Part shown: positions 26,279-36,428 of the stretch, piece after piece
Position numbering within the stretch: the first letter of the stretch is position 1
How the letters are laid out: each line of letters starts with the position of its first letter
Source of the DNA: Balanoglossus misakiensis
Lineage: Eukaryota; Animalia; Hemichordata
Assembly (NCBI GenBank): GCA_040954595.2
Contig: CM082597.2
Location: 10,075,778-10,139,777 of the forward strand
Reading direction: 5' to 3'
DNA: 64,000 bases
Made by a program: the position numbers and the translations under genes
Notes under the pieces: model-generated
Told to the model about the DNA's origin: nothing
The model's input: the letters and a program-made list of their open reading frames with translations, nothing else
Database searches by the model: none

Positions 26279-27904
26279 ATGGAGTCGGATCTATTAGCAT
26301 CTGAAACCACTACATCAGGGTCTAATGACCGTGGAGCTGATGTTCAAAGTGATGATTCTGTGAAGACCGACAAGGTCACTAAAGGCAGCGTAAAGAAGGG
26401 AAATGCCCCTGGGACGGAAACCCAGAAGGCAATCTCCCGCCCTAAATCAAAGCCTGCCTCATCAAAACCAAAGTTGGTTTCGGAAGAGAAGGTAGGTGAT
26501 ATGATAGATAGCAAGGTTGCTCCGATTTTGGAATTGTTAGGTAAACTTTCTGCTCAAATTGAACAACAATCTCTGTCAGGCATTGGAGCCGCCAATTTTC
26601 CCGCCAAAAGTAACGCGCCCAATATGGCGGAAACCAATACATTGGGTCGTGTTGACAACCGGGCCGAGGAAACCCCGGGTACCAGCAGGAGTGAAGATGT
26701 ACTAGATATTGCCACTCCCTCTGAATTTGGCTCTCCTAAACGTAGTTGGAGGGAAAACCAGCAGGAAAGCCAATCTACTCAGCAGAGTAACCCAGTGATG
26801 TTAGGGTTAGGACGTCCTGTCGAGTCCAACCTAACAGAACCTTATGAAAGCTTTGAGAATGAGGAGGAAAGTGACAAACAAAGTGTGTGCTCCTCAACTG
26901 ATATCCCCTCAGGGGTGGAGAAAAGAATGTCAGATGTTCTTAGCAATCTCATTCTAGCTCTCAATATTGAAATTCCAGAGGAGGAAAAAGAGCAGAGAAT
27001 TTCTTATTTGGATCAGGTTTTTAAGAATCTGCCTGGTAATAAGAAATCTAAAGTACCAGCACTACCCATGGATGGGAGAATTGCTTCACTTTGGGCCAAT
27101 ACAGACAAAGGCCTACCCCACCTGTCTGCTTACAAGAAATCTCATGACATGTTATACCGGTGGGTGGACAAGGATTTTGATCAATATGGGAAAGTCCCCA
27201 GTGTGGAACAAGATGTACTTTCTCATATGGCAGTTGTAAATCAGGGCAGAAGGAAACTTGACCCTAAGACTAATAAAATAGATAAAGAGTTCACACAGGT
27301 AGATGCGTCTATCAGGCATTCTCTAAGGGTGACGTCTCATGCCAGCTTAATGTTTTCAGGTCTCATTAAAATGCTGCATGGAGACATACCATCATCAGAT
27401 GAATATATAGCAGCAATAGCTGAAGAGATTGCAAAAGCATTGGTTGAGATTGAGGATTTATCAGTAAGAGCCTCAACCAGATGCACGTTGTTTCGTCGGG
27501 ATCTTTTCCTTGATGAACTCAAAATCACTGATGAAGGAATCAAAACCGAGCTAAAGAAAATTCCCACCCATGGCCCAGATCTGTTCGGGGGGAAATTTTC
27601 TGAACTCACTCACAAGAGTGCAGAGAGGTTAAAAGACGCGCGTACAACCTCTGGGGTCTTCAAATCGATCAACTTTGCCAAGCGTAAGCCCTATACTGAC
27701 AAAGGGGCCACGAGCAATGAGCCCCCACAAAAGTTGATGAGACTTGACCCTTTTCACCAGGGAAAAGGTCAAAGAGAGAACCCTAGATCTCAAAATACCA
27801 AACCAAACAGGTATTTTCGCAACTATAGCTCACCCAAACCCAAGGCTGGGGAATTTAAAACCCCTCAAGCTGGCAATTCCTTCAAATTTGGTGAGAAACA
27901 ATGA
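26279..27904 (+). CDS. DIRS ORF1 (gag-like), 541 aa
   Basis: First long ORF inside the ITRs; ends in a LFGG motif and basic tail as in DIRS ORF1. Confidence 0.85.
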   Translation: MESDLLASETTTSGSNDRGADVQSDDSVKTDKVTKGSVKKGNAPGTETQKAISRPKSKPASSKPKLVSEEKVGDMIDSKVAPILELLGKLSAQIEQQSLSGIGAANFPAKSNAPNMAETNTLGRVDNRAEETPGTSRSEDVLDIATPSEFGSPKRSWRENQQESQSTQQSNPVMLGLGRPVESNLTEPYESFENEEESDKQSVCSSTDIPSGVEKRMSDVLSNLILALNIEIPEEEKEQRISYLDQVFKNLPGNKKSKVPALPMDGRIASLWANTDKGLPHLSAYKKSHDMLYRWVDKDFDQYGKVPSVEQDVLSHMAVVNQGRRKLDPKTNKIDKEFTQVDASIRHSLRVTSHASLMFSGLIKMLHGDIPSSDEYIAAIAEEIAKALVEIEDLSVRASTRCTLFRRDLFLDELKITDEGIKTELKKIPTHGPDLFGGKFSELTHKSAERLKDARTTSGVFKSINFAKRKPYTDKGATSNEPPQKLMRLDPFHQGKGQRENPRSQNTKPNRYFRNYSSPKPKAGEFKTPQAGNSFKFGEKQ

Positions 27905-29966
27905 CTTTCAAACACTTCCCTTGCCAAACATTCCGGTGGGGGGAAGACTAGGATATTTTCAAAAGGAATGGCAATCCATAACACAGGACGCTTGGGTGCT
28001 AGATGTAATAAAGGAGGGTTACAAACTAGAATTTCTATCACAACCTCCACTTTCCAAGGGTGTAAAGGAAACCCCCTGTCCTCAAAGCAAAGCGCAAGCA
28101 AATTGCATAAGGGAGGAAATATCTGTGCTATTAAGCAAAAGGGCCATCGAAATGGTCCCACAGAATTTGGCTCAAAACGGTTTCTACAGTCATCTGTTCA
28201 TTGTTCCAAAAAAATCCGGAGGTTTTCGTCCAGTGCTAAATCTCCGTCCCTTAAATTTCTTCTTGAGAAAAGATCATTTCAAAATGGAAACTTTACGCAC
28301 AGTCATCCAGAGTCTAAGGAAAGGAGACTGGGCAACATCACTAGATTTAACAGATGCATATTTTCACATTCCAATTTACCAAGGACACAGAAAATTCCTT
28401 CGCTTTGCCTTCGAGGGCAAGATATACCAATTCAGAGCCCTCCCCTTTGGCCTGTCGTCGGCACCAAGAATCTTCACAAAGATTGTAAAAGTGATTTTAG
28501 CATTCCTAAGGAGGAACTCACTCTTCCCGCTTGCATATCTAGACGATTGGCTTCTCAGACAAGCGGTAAGAAAAACATTGGTGAGTCAAAACAGGGAAAT
28601 GTTGACTCTAGTTGTTCGTTTAGGATGGATTCCAAACATAGAGAAGTCCGACCTTGTTCCCAAACAAATTTTCGAGTTTCTAGGAGCAAGTTTCAATTTG
28701 AAGAAAGGCCTAGTCTTTCCCTCACCGACCAGAAGAGGGGACATACATCATTGTATTACAGTAATCAAATCAAACACAAAACTACCAGTTCAATGGTTTC
28801 TCAGGTTATTGGGGTTGATGGCCTCATGCATAGACCTAATCCCTTGGGCACGTCTACACATGAGGCCAATCCAACTTCATGTTCTGGCCCATTGGAGGCC
28901 ACAAACCAGAAATCTACAAACACGCATACCAATCTCAACCCACCTACTCAGTCACCTGCAGTGGTGGGAAGATTCAGCCAACCTATTACAAGGAACGAGG
29001 TTGGATCAACCAACTGCAGATTTCACATTGACAACAGATGCTTCCCACTGGGGGTGGGGAGGTCACCTGGAAGGGCAACAAGTTGCCGGTCAGTGGTCAC
29101 AGACCCAGAGGACAAAACATATCAATTGGTTGGAAATGCAAGCGGTTTTCCTTTCGCTTCAACATTTCAAAGACATTGTGAAAGGTCAAGTGGTCCTGGT
29201 GAGAGTAGACAACTCAACAGTTGTCAGTTACATAAACAGGGAAGGGGGGACCCAGTCCCCAACCCTTTGTATTCTTCTGTGGAACATGCTGCAATGGTGT
29301 CTACAGAAAGAGATCAAACTGAAAGCAGCTCACATACCAGGGAAGAAAAATCTCCTAGCGGACGGTTTATCCCGCGGGAAAGTTCTCCCAACAGAATGGA
29401 CCCTGAGCCCAATGATTGTTCAGAAAATTTTTATGAAATGGGACAGGCCACACATAGATCTGTTTGCAACAAAGAGAAACAAACAACTCCCAATTTATGT
29501 ATCACCGATACCAGACCCAGAAGCCTTTGCAATGGACGCATTGGCAATTCCGTGGGAGGGAATGTTCGCCTATGCGTATCCTCCGTTAATTCTTTTACAC
29601 AAAGTTCTGAAAAAAATCAGGAATCAGGATTGCATAGTAATCCTGATAGCACCATTCTGGCCAAAACAACCATGGTTCCCAGAGCTGATGGAGCTGCTAG
29701 TGGACATTCCACTTCGTCTCCCAATACAAGACAAAATGCTGTACCAGCCACACAGCAAAATCTGTCATCCAGATCCTCAGATATTCAAGTTAACTGCATG
29801 GAAGTTATCAAGGATCAGTTCATTGAGAAAGGCTTTTCTGTCCCAGCTGCAGTCAGAGCCTCAAAGGCACGAAGAAAGTCCACTTACAAAACATACGACT
29901 CAAGAGTCAGAATATTTTTCGCTTGGGCTAGAGAGAGAGATATATCTCCACTGTCAGCAACTCTAG
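27744..29966 (+). CDS. DIRS ORF2: reverse transcriptase, RNase H and N6-adenine methyltransferase-like domain
   Basis: PVGGRL, DLTDAYFHIPI, LPFGLSSAPRIFTK, YLDD; RNase H TDAS, HINWLE, DNST, ADGLSR; MT motifs DLFAT, YAYPP, ILIAPFWPKQPWF. Confidence 0.95.
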   Translation: MTLFTREKVKERTLDLKIPNQTGIFATIAHPNPRLGNLKPLKLAIPSNLVRNNDFQTLPLPNIPVGGRLGYFQKEWQSITQDAWVLDVIKEGYKLEFLSQPPLSKGVKETPCPQSKAQANCIREEISVLLSKRAIEMVPQNLAQNGFYSHLFIVPKKSGGFRPVLNLRPLNFFLRKDHFKMETLRTVIQSLRKGDWATSLDLTDAYFHIPIYQGHRKFLRFAFEGKIYQFRALPFGLSSAPRIFTKIVKVILAFLRRNSLFPLAYLDDWLLRQAVRKTLVSQNREMLTLVVRLGWIPNIEKSDLVPKQIFEFLGASFNLKKGLVFPSPTRRGDIHHCITVIKSNTKLPVQWFLRLLGLMASCIDLIPWARLHMRPIQLHVLAHWRPQTRNLQTRIPISTHLLSHLQWWEDSANLLQGTRLDQPTADFTLTTDASHWGWGGHLEGQQVAGQWSQTQRTKHINWLEMQAVFLSLQHFKDIVKGQVVLVRVDNSTVVSYINREGGTQSPTLCILLWNMLQWCLQKEIKLKAAHIPGKKNLLADGLSRGKVLPTEWTLSPMIVQKIFMKWDRPHIDLFATKRNKQLPIYVSPIPDPEAFAMDALAIPWEGMFAYAYPPLILLHKVLKKIRNQDCIVILIAPFWPKQPWFPELMELLVDIPLRLPIQDKMLYQPHSKICHPDPQIFKLTAWKLSRISSLRKAFLSQLQSEPQRHEESPLTKHTTQESEYFSLGLEREIYLHCQQL

Positions 29967-30841
29967 GCCAAATAGCAGACTTTCTTGAATATCTTTTTGT
30001 CATAAAAAAATTACAAGCAAAAACTATAGCTGGATACCGTGCGGCTATCTCAGCAGTTCACCCAGGTTGGCAAGGTGTTCCTGTGGGTATGAATAAAGAA
30101 CTGGAAAAGTTGATCAAAGCCTATTTTCAATGCAGGCCACCAACCAGGCGGTTAACCCCATCATGGGACTTACCCTTGGTACTACTTATGCTAAATAAGA
30201 AGCCTTTTGAACCCATGAGTTCAGCACCTCTAAAATGGGTCACCTTAAAAACAATATTTTTACTAGCAATTGTGTCAGGTAGACGATGCAGTTATTTACA
30301 CGCACTGTCTGTTAATGAAGGACACATTCGTTGGGATTCAGGTGGGGTAACACTCATCCCAGCAGCAGGTTTCCTGGCTAAAAATGATTCTATGTCTTAT
30401 ATGGCCAAAAGCCTCAAAATTCCCAAATTATCAAACTTCTCAGGGGATATTGAGGATAGACATATTTGTCCATGTAGAGCTTTGAAATATTATATCAAAG
30501 CCACAAAAGATATCAGAAATAATACAGGTCAACTGTTTATTACCTTTGGTCTAAACACAAAGAAACCAGCTTCTAAAGATACTCTGGCAAGCTGGATTGT
30601 CCAAGTAGTTAAAATGGCATATACAAATGCCACAGAAAAGGACCGTCTTCTAGTGAGAGCACATGACACCAGAAGTTTATCCTCTTCATGGGCATTATTC
30701 CAAGGAGTACCTATGAATGACATCATGGAGGCTGCCTCTTGGGCAGTGAACACAACATTTACCTCTTTCTATCTGAGAGACATGTTAGAGGGCAGAGGCA
30801 CATTTGGAAAGGCAGTGCTGAGCTCTACGAAGTTCAAGTAA
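27968..30841 (+). CDS. DIRS ORF3: tyrosine recombinase (recombinase domain from ~Met at 29798)
   Basis: PSWDL, SGRRCSYL (Arg), CPCRAL, HDTR (HxxR), AASW, FTSFY (catalytic Tyr). Confidence 0.93.
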   Translation: MAIHNTGRLGARCNKGGLQTRISITTSTFQGCKGNPLSSKQSASKLHKGGNICAIKQKGHRNGPTEFGSKRFLQSSVHCSKKIRRFSSSAKSPSLKFLLEKRSFQNGNFTHSHPESKERRLGNITRFNRCIFSHSNLPRTQKIPSLCLRGQDIPIQSPPLWPVVGTKNLHKDCKSDFSIPKEELTLPACISRRLASQTSGKKNIGESKQGNVDSSCSFRMDSKHREVRPCSQTNFRVSRSKFQFEERPSLSLTDQKRGHTSLYYSNQIKHKTTSSMVSQVIGVDGLMHRPNPLGTSTHEANPTSCSGPLEATNQKSTNTHTNLNPPTQSPAVVGRFSQPITRNEVGSTNCRFHIDNRCFPLGVGRSPGRATSCRSVVTDPEDKTYQLVGNASGFPFASTFQRHCERSSGPGESRQLNSCQLHKQGRGDPVPNPLYSSVEHAAMVSTERDQTESSSHTREEKSPSGRFIPRESSPNRMDPEPNDCSENFYEMGQATHRSVCNKEKQTTPNLCITDTRPRSLCNGRIGNSVGGNVRLCVSSVNSFTQSSEKNQESGLHSNPDSTILAKTTMVPRADGAASGHSTSSPNTRQNAVPATQQNLSSRSSDIQVNCMEVIKDQFIEKGFSVPAAVRASKARRKSTYKTYDSRVRIFFAWARERDISPLSATLGQIADFLEYLFVIKKLQAKTIAGYRAAISAVHPGWQGVPVGMNKELEKLIKAYFQCRPPTRRLTPSWDLPLVLLMLNKKPFEPMSSAPLKWVTLKTIFLLAIVSGRRCSYLHALSVNEGHIRWDSGGVTLIPAAGFLAKNDSMSYMAKSLKIPKLSNFSGDIEDRHICPCRALKYYIKATKDIRNNTGQLFITFGLNTKKPASKDTLASWIVQVVKMAYTNATEKDRLLVRAHDTRSLSSSWALFQGVPMNDIMEAASWAVNTTFTSFYLRDMLEGRGTFGKAVLSSTKFK

Positions 30842-31243
30842 TTTAGGTGAGGACATATAGGTTAAGGTCAATAATATTGGTCCTGATCCCCACCGCCTAT
30901 TGAACTTTGAATTCTGTGTTAGCCTATAGTATGGTCCTAACAGGTGAGTATAGATGCGCAGGAGAATACACTTTTCCATATTGAAAAGGTTTTCTCCTAG
31001 CATCATACTCACCTGTTAGGCTCCCACCCGCCTCCCACACGTTCATGACCAATAAAACATATTTCTTTCGGGAGCGTCTCGAACATAAACTGAACTAGGA
31101 CAGTGTCACATGGTCATGGCATGGGTTGGACGGGTCGATTTTCTCGACGGGGTAGACAGCTACTAGAGAACATTAGCCTATAGTATGGTCCTAACAGGTG
31201 AGTATGATGCTAGGAGAAAACCTTTTCAATATGGAAAAGTGTA

Positions 31244-31408
31244 TTTCGATGAGAGTACCTCAGCTTTTCGATTAGAGTATTCACTTTTCGATGAGAACAC
31301 CCTCTTTTCGATGAGAGTACCTCAGCTTTTCGATTAGAGTATTCACTTTTCGATGAGAACACCCTCTTTTCGATTAAAGAGCGCCCCTCTTTTCGATGAG
31401 AGCACCCC
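31244..31408. repeat. Minisatellite, right part (62-bp higher-order trimer repeated)
   Basis: Units ...gtacctcag / ...tagagtattca / ...aacaccct recur in the same order as on the left. Confidence 0.9.
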
Positions 31409-33291
31409 AGACGCCCTAGTTCACTGAAGAGATTTTACAACTCGGCCAGCTGGCGTTTTGCCTACGTCACAACGCGTCATGGCTACGTCACAACGCGTCA
31501 CTGGAATTTCCATCAAATTTATAGTAATGTGCTAGGGAGATCAGTAAACCGGAAGGTCAAACTTTGACCATGTGCATGGGAAACGGCTTCAAAACACGAA
31601 CCGTTCACCGTGTTGACGCCAGGCCGGAGAAGTGGTTCAGCAGAGAACAAAACCGGCCAGTAGATTGAGGAAAATAGCACAGAATCTCGAGTTCATGGAA
31701 TCTGAGCTAGTTATACTTTGCGAAACAGCGAAACATGGCGATACCATTAGGGCCAGTCATCATGACGGTGGCGTATGATTTTTTTTAAAGTTTCCAAATT
31801 AAAACGTAAGCGAGCCAAGAAAACTACAGGTCAGATAAATTGTTTTCTCGGAAATTCAACATTAGAATCAAATTTGGCGTTGGAAACAAACGGCGGGTTG
31901 CCAGTTCCTGGTCTGCGGCCTGGTACTAGTGGTTACGCGCCAAAAAAGAATCCCGCCCCAAAAGGTCAATGTACGAGTATATTGACAGGGCGAAGGATTA
32001 GTTGAAACAAAGCAGTAGTGTCCGTAAGCTTTCGAGGGTCAAACACTGATGGGGGTAAGAGTAGTAGTTATATATAGAAACACATGTAACTCACACAACA
32101 CAGTATCATTGTCGAAATTTCTTTATTATCTTAATTGCAATTCATGCCTCCCCGCCTTGTGGTATTTAAGGAAATAGTGTCAGTTGCTGCCGCATTTTGA
32201 GGTTTCGATCTTTTGTGGTTTCGTTGTGCGCGCGCGTATATTCACTGTAGCAGTTTGGCATGAATCGTTTGCGCGAAGAACAAAAAATTCTATAAAAAAA
32301 AAAACAGTTGAAAAATCGCTAAAAGTTAGTTACTAGGGCTTAAGAGTTTTGTATATTTATTTAACAGGGGTCGAAATTAAGCTTCGCCCGATTGCCCGGA
32401 GCAACTATATAATGATACACAGCAAGTAAATTGTCAACCTTAAATACTTGCCCGATCGGACAGCCAAAAAATGACAGAAGCTTTTTTTTGAAGGGCAAGC
32501 CACGAGCGGTTCTAAAATATACTTCCATAACAACATGTACACTTGACCGTTCCAGTCAAAGCAGACCTAAAATGTATCAATTTGTAAGCATAAAATTAAC
32601 CCATTCAAAATATGCATTCTTGGTGTCCCCAGAGACACACAAACGCAAGTGCGGCCCTGGACACAAGATGAAAGAGATGATAGGGGGGGGGGGGGGGGGG
32701 GGTTCGGCAACGGTCCACTTTGTGCAGTGAACTCACATTGGTCTTTGCAAAATAAATGACGTTATTTTCTTGTAAAATCCAACCCGTGCATTTGATCAAT
32801 GGGCTACGTCCACAACAGTTTATTGGAGGCCAAAGTTTTCCTCTTTCTACTGTTGACGTCATATCCTGACAGACTCACTCAACCACTTGTTTGAGCAAAT
32901 TTGTATATTTGAAAGGGGTGATTTTTTGTACACATCTTGTCAGACAGCTTGAACTGGATAAACATTGGCTGGACTTATAGGTATATGTACACTTGGAAAA
33001 ATTATAAAATTTTACACTTTTGGAAAAAAATGATCCAATTTTAAACTTTCAATTTAAAGTGCAGGCACATGCATTGATAGTGATACAAACTGGGCCAGAC
33101 ACACATGTATATACAATGTAGTTTTTCATTTGACTGTATTGTCGGTTTCTTTTGTCCATCTATAATTGTACTCTATAAAAATGAAAGTTTCTTCAGGTTG
33201 AGACGTCAAGAGAACTCGATTGATATTTATTTCCACATTGGAGTTAATATAGTAAGAAATTTCTAAAAATGTTGTTTCCAAATTGCATGTT

Positions 33292-34087
33292 CAGGCTTCG
33301 TACGCTCCTGGAAACTCCTGGAGTCTCCTGGAATTTGAAACCTCTCCTGGAAACTCCTGAAATCTCCTGGAAATTCAAAATTTCTCCTTGAAACTCCTGG
33401 AAAACCGCGAGTCACGATCGCATTTCACCGGATCGTGAAACGCGTTGCCCATTTCACTCAGCGCACCAGTTATCTTTAGACAGGCGTCCTATAAATAGTA
33501 TCATTGACATAGTAATGCACAAATTGCAACAACTAACGCAGCTCAGCATTCCGGTGGCAACAAAATATCTAAAACTTGACAAAAGATGTAGCAACTTTTG
33601 TTAGAGGTCATGCCATGTGTCCGCGCGTCTGCAGAATACTTGTGCAGACGGCCGCGGCAGACACCTGTGAGATTAGTGACGTCAAAAAGAAGCAAAAAAG
33701 GGCAGACGTTTTTTGTGTGTTTTTTCAGCAGCAAAACAGTAATTTCCATCGGTAATTTGTCGATTTTATCACGACAGAAATCATTGCTTTAGGGACCGTT
33801 CTGTTTTTACGGCCGAGGGTGGGGGGATGATTTGGGAACCCAGGAGATCTCTAGGTGAAAATTGTTTTACTAGGCCTTCATGGGGAGGTCATTGAAATTT
33901 GTACTATCACAGTCAAAAGTCTTTAAATGATTTGTTAAAATAGAATAACAAGTGCATGTGAATGTAAAAGTAATAGTAAAGTTTTTTGTTGCGTAAAACA
34001 TCCTGGAAAATGGCATTTTTACCACAATTACTGGAAATCTCCTGGAAACTCCTGGAATTTTGAATTGCTCTAGGTGTATGAACCCTG
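33292..34087. mobile_element. hAT-like MITE with 5-bp TSD and CTCCTGGAAA subterminal repeats
   Basis: CAGGCTTCGTAC ... GTATGAACCCTG; ATGTT at 33287-33291 and 34088-34092. Confidence 0.7.
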
Positions 34088-34854
34088 ATGTTTTATATAA
34101 ATGGAAAACAGTATAATTGTACTACATATTGTCAGTATCACACCACATGATGGCTTGTGTAATTATAACCGAAGACATTTCCAGTTTGTATGTTAGGCCA
34201 TGTGCTGAAGTTTGTTTTAACCTTTTTACCCCCAGTTCCCTCTTTAGTCTCACTAGAGGTCCAACCTTACCATAGAATTATAAATCGTGGTGGTGAAAGG
34301 GTTAAAAGATTGCTGAAACTTGAAAGTACAATGATATTTTTGTACAGTAGTTGTGACAAGTACTGTAAAACACTTTATTTTCGCGAGCAATACATTTTCG
34401 CGAAATACGCGAGAGCCAAAATAGCGTGAAAATAAAAAGTCGCGTATTATTTTAAGATAACGATGCAGTGAATGAAATAAGAGAACACGAATATTAATGC
34501 TTGCGAAACAGTGGCCTCTCTCGATATTGCGAAAATTTCAACTCACGAAAATAATTCCATATAATCCCATGACAGAGGTCGCGGTAACATTTTTTTGAGT
34601 GTGTGAATGCGTCAAACTCCTTTCAGCCTGCGTTCTAGACATGTCTAGTTCAATATTCATTAAACAAAATTAGCTACCTTTTGAGTACGATGACGTTAAA
34701 AAAAGAAAGATATCCTGGGATTATATATTTATCACATGAACAGTCTTCTTATTTTTCGTTAGAAGAGGCAGGACTAAAAAAATTCAGTATCTTGCAACAA
34801 TTTTGGAGCGGCGTCGTATTTTACTGAGCAGGATTATTTCCCCCACGAGATATA

Positions 34855-34948
34855 TGTTGGGAGATTTTATGAATGATCAGCGATAGTTCATCATTTGCAT
34901 ATACGCAAATGATGAACTATCGCTGATCATTCATAAAATCTCCCAACA
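34855..34948. repeat. Perfect 44-bp-arm hairpin with 6-nt loop
   Basis: tgttgggagattttatgaatgatcagcgatagttcatcatttgc-atatac-gcaaatgatgaactatcgctgatcattcataaaatctcccaaca. Confidence 0.95.
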
Positions 34949-35280
34949 AGTCATCCCGTTGAGTTCCGTTCGCTCGAAGTTCGGCATTACACAAATGTAA
35001 TCGATTCTCTAACAATTTTACTGCGACCTGTTGCCACGTCTTATACATTTCGTTGACCGGTGGAATATAGAGGTTCAGTCGTCACGTTGAACTGGCTCGA
35101 AACAATTCCCCACGCTGATTCGACTCGGAACGTACCAGACTTGCGCCTAGCCTAGGCTATGTACCTGACCCAAAACTTAGACAGCCACGATCGTCCATGA
35201 TCGTTGCGTCGACTGTCTTCTTTCCAAATTCCACCTTTCTGTTTTCAGCTTACAAAGCGATATTGTCATGTAACCGTCAT

Positions 35281-35888
35281 TTTTAGGTACCATTGGTTTT
35301 TACCATGGTACCTTATGGGATCGGTTGCGTCTGTATGTATGGATGGATGGATAGATGGATGTATGGATGTATGTCTGTATGTCCGTCCGTCCACATCAAA
35401 AACTTGAAAACCGCTGCGCGTATAACCTCGATATTTGGTGTGCAGATGCAGGCTGGGCTGTAGATGGGAGTTTGTTCAAATGAAGTTGTCATTGCCAAAA
35501 ATATGCAAATTAGCTGGAAAAATGTGAATTTGGTCAAAACTCTGTAACTCAAGAACTACTGGTCAGATTGCTTGCAAAGTGGTGTGTATTTACTTTATTG
35601 AGTTGTTTTAATTAGGCAGGAACTCCCCCCTGTGTTTCGTATAAACACAGCAAATTCCTGAATGATTACATAACTGGCTAAGTTTTATAGAGGCCAGCTG
35701 TTCTATTATTTTAGTGTATGTACAGCACATATGCCATTGGCAGCTTATGGGTCAGTCAGTGTTTGCCCACTGATCTCTCTCTATGTGTGTGTGTGTGTGT
35801 CTGTCTGTATATGGCCATGTACTCCGGTGTAGACTTTTTTTTGTGTAATCAGTCAATGGGACTGCCGTGTCCTTGACGCGATTTTTTT
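35281..35888 (+). mobile_element. Complete HINE-like element
   Basis: 5' TTTT-AGGTACCAT subTIR and IR, ATGG microsatellite, conserved core, 3' ATGGGAC subTIR plus CGTGTC-CTT-GACGCG stem-loop plus T-run. Confidence 0.8.
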
Positions 35889-36428
35889 ATTTCATTTCTG
35901 TATTGTAAATGCCGCTACACGTACTGTTTCTGTTTGACAACAAAGCTACCGCGAATCGGTGGAAATAGTTCCGGTTGATGACGTAGAACAGGGGTGATCT
36001 GGATTTTTGATCCGTCCTGGTCTACGTCACACAGGTCTTGATATGGGCCAGTTCATGTGATAAAGTGTTTTACAGTATACTATTGCATAGTTTACATAGC
36101 TACAGTGGTAGGTGGAAGCTTGGTTGTATTTTGATATCATTGATCCATAACAATCTTTGGGTGTACATGTATAGTGGTTGTGAGTAGGGCGTTTTATTTC
36201 CTGCAGCAAACAAAGTAACATAGTTGAGGTAACTAGGTAACTCTCTTTGACCATGATCTAACAGATATCATATGTGACTTGAGGTTATGTTAAATATTCT
36301 CCCTTTTGGAATTCCACAAGGATGACGGGATGACCTTGTCAAGAGTTAGGTACATGTACAAAGGTGGTTTTGTTGGGAAATTTTCTATTTAAAAGGCTGA
36401 ACACTAAAAGTGAGGCCATTTGCTATAA

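Larger units (their letters stand above)
25873..31246 (+). mobile_element. Full-length DIRS1-type tyrosine-recombinase retrotransposon
   Basis: Left ITR 25873-26013, right ITR 31081-~31218 plus 3' extension to 31246, internal complementary region 30919-31020, TTT at both ends, three uninterrupted ORFs (gag, RT-RH-MT, YR). Confidence 0.96.

Noticed and set aside
25748-31408. Minisatellite as CRISPR-like array, or 62-bp flank as a long TSD of DIRS
   Set aside because: Units are contiguous with no unique spacers and no cas genes in a eukaryotic context; the 62-bp trimer recurs a third time downstream, so it is a higher-order repeat
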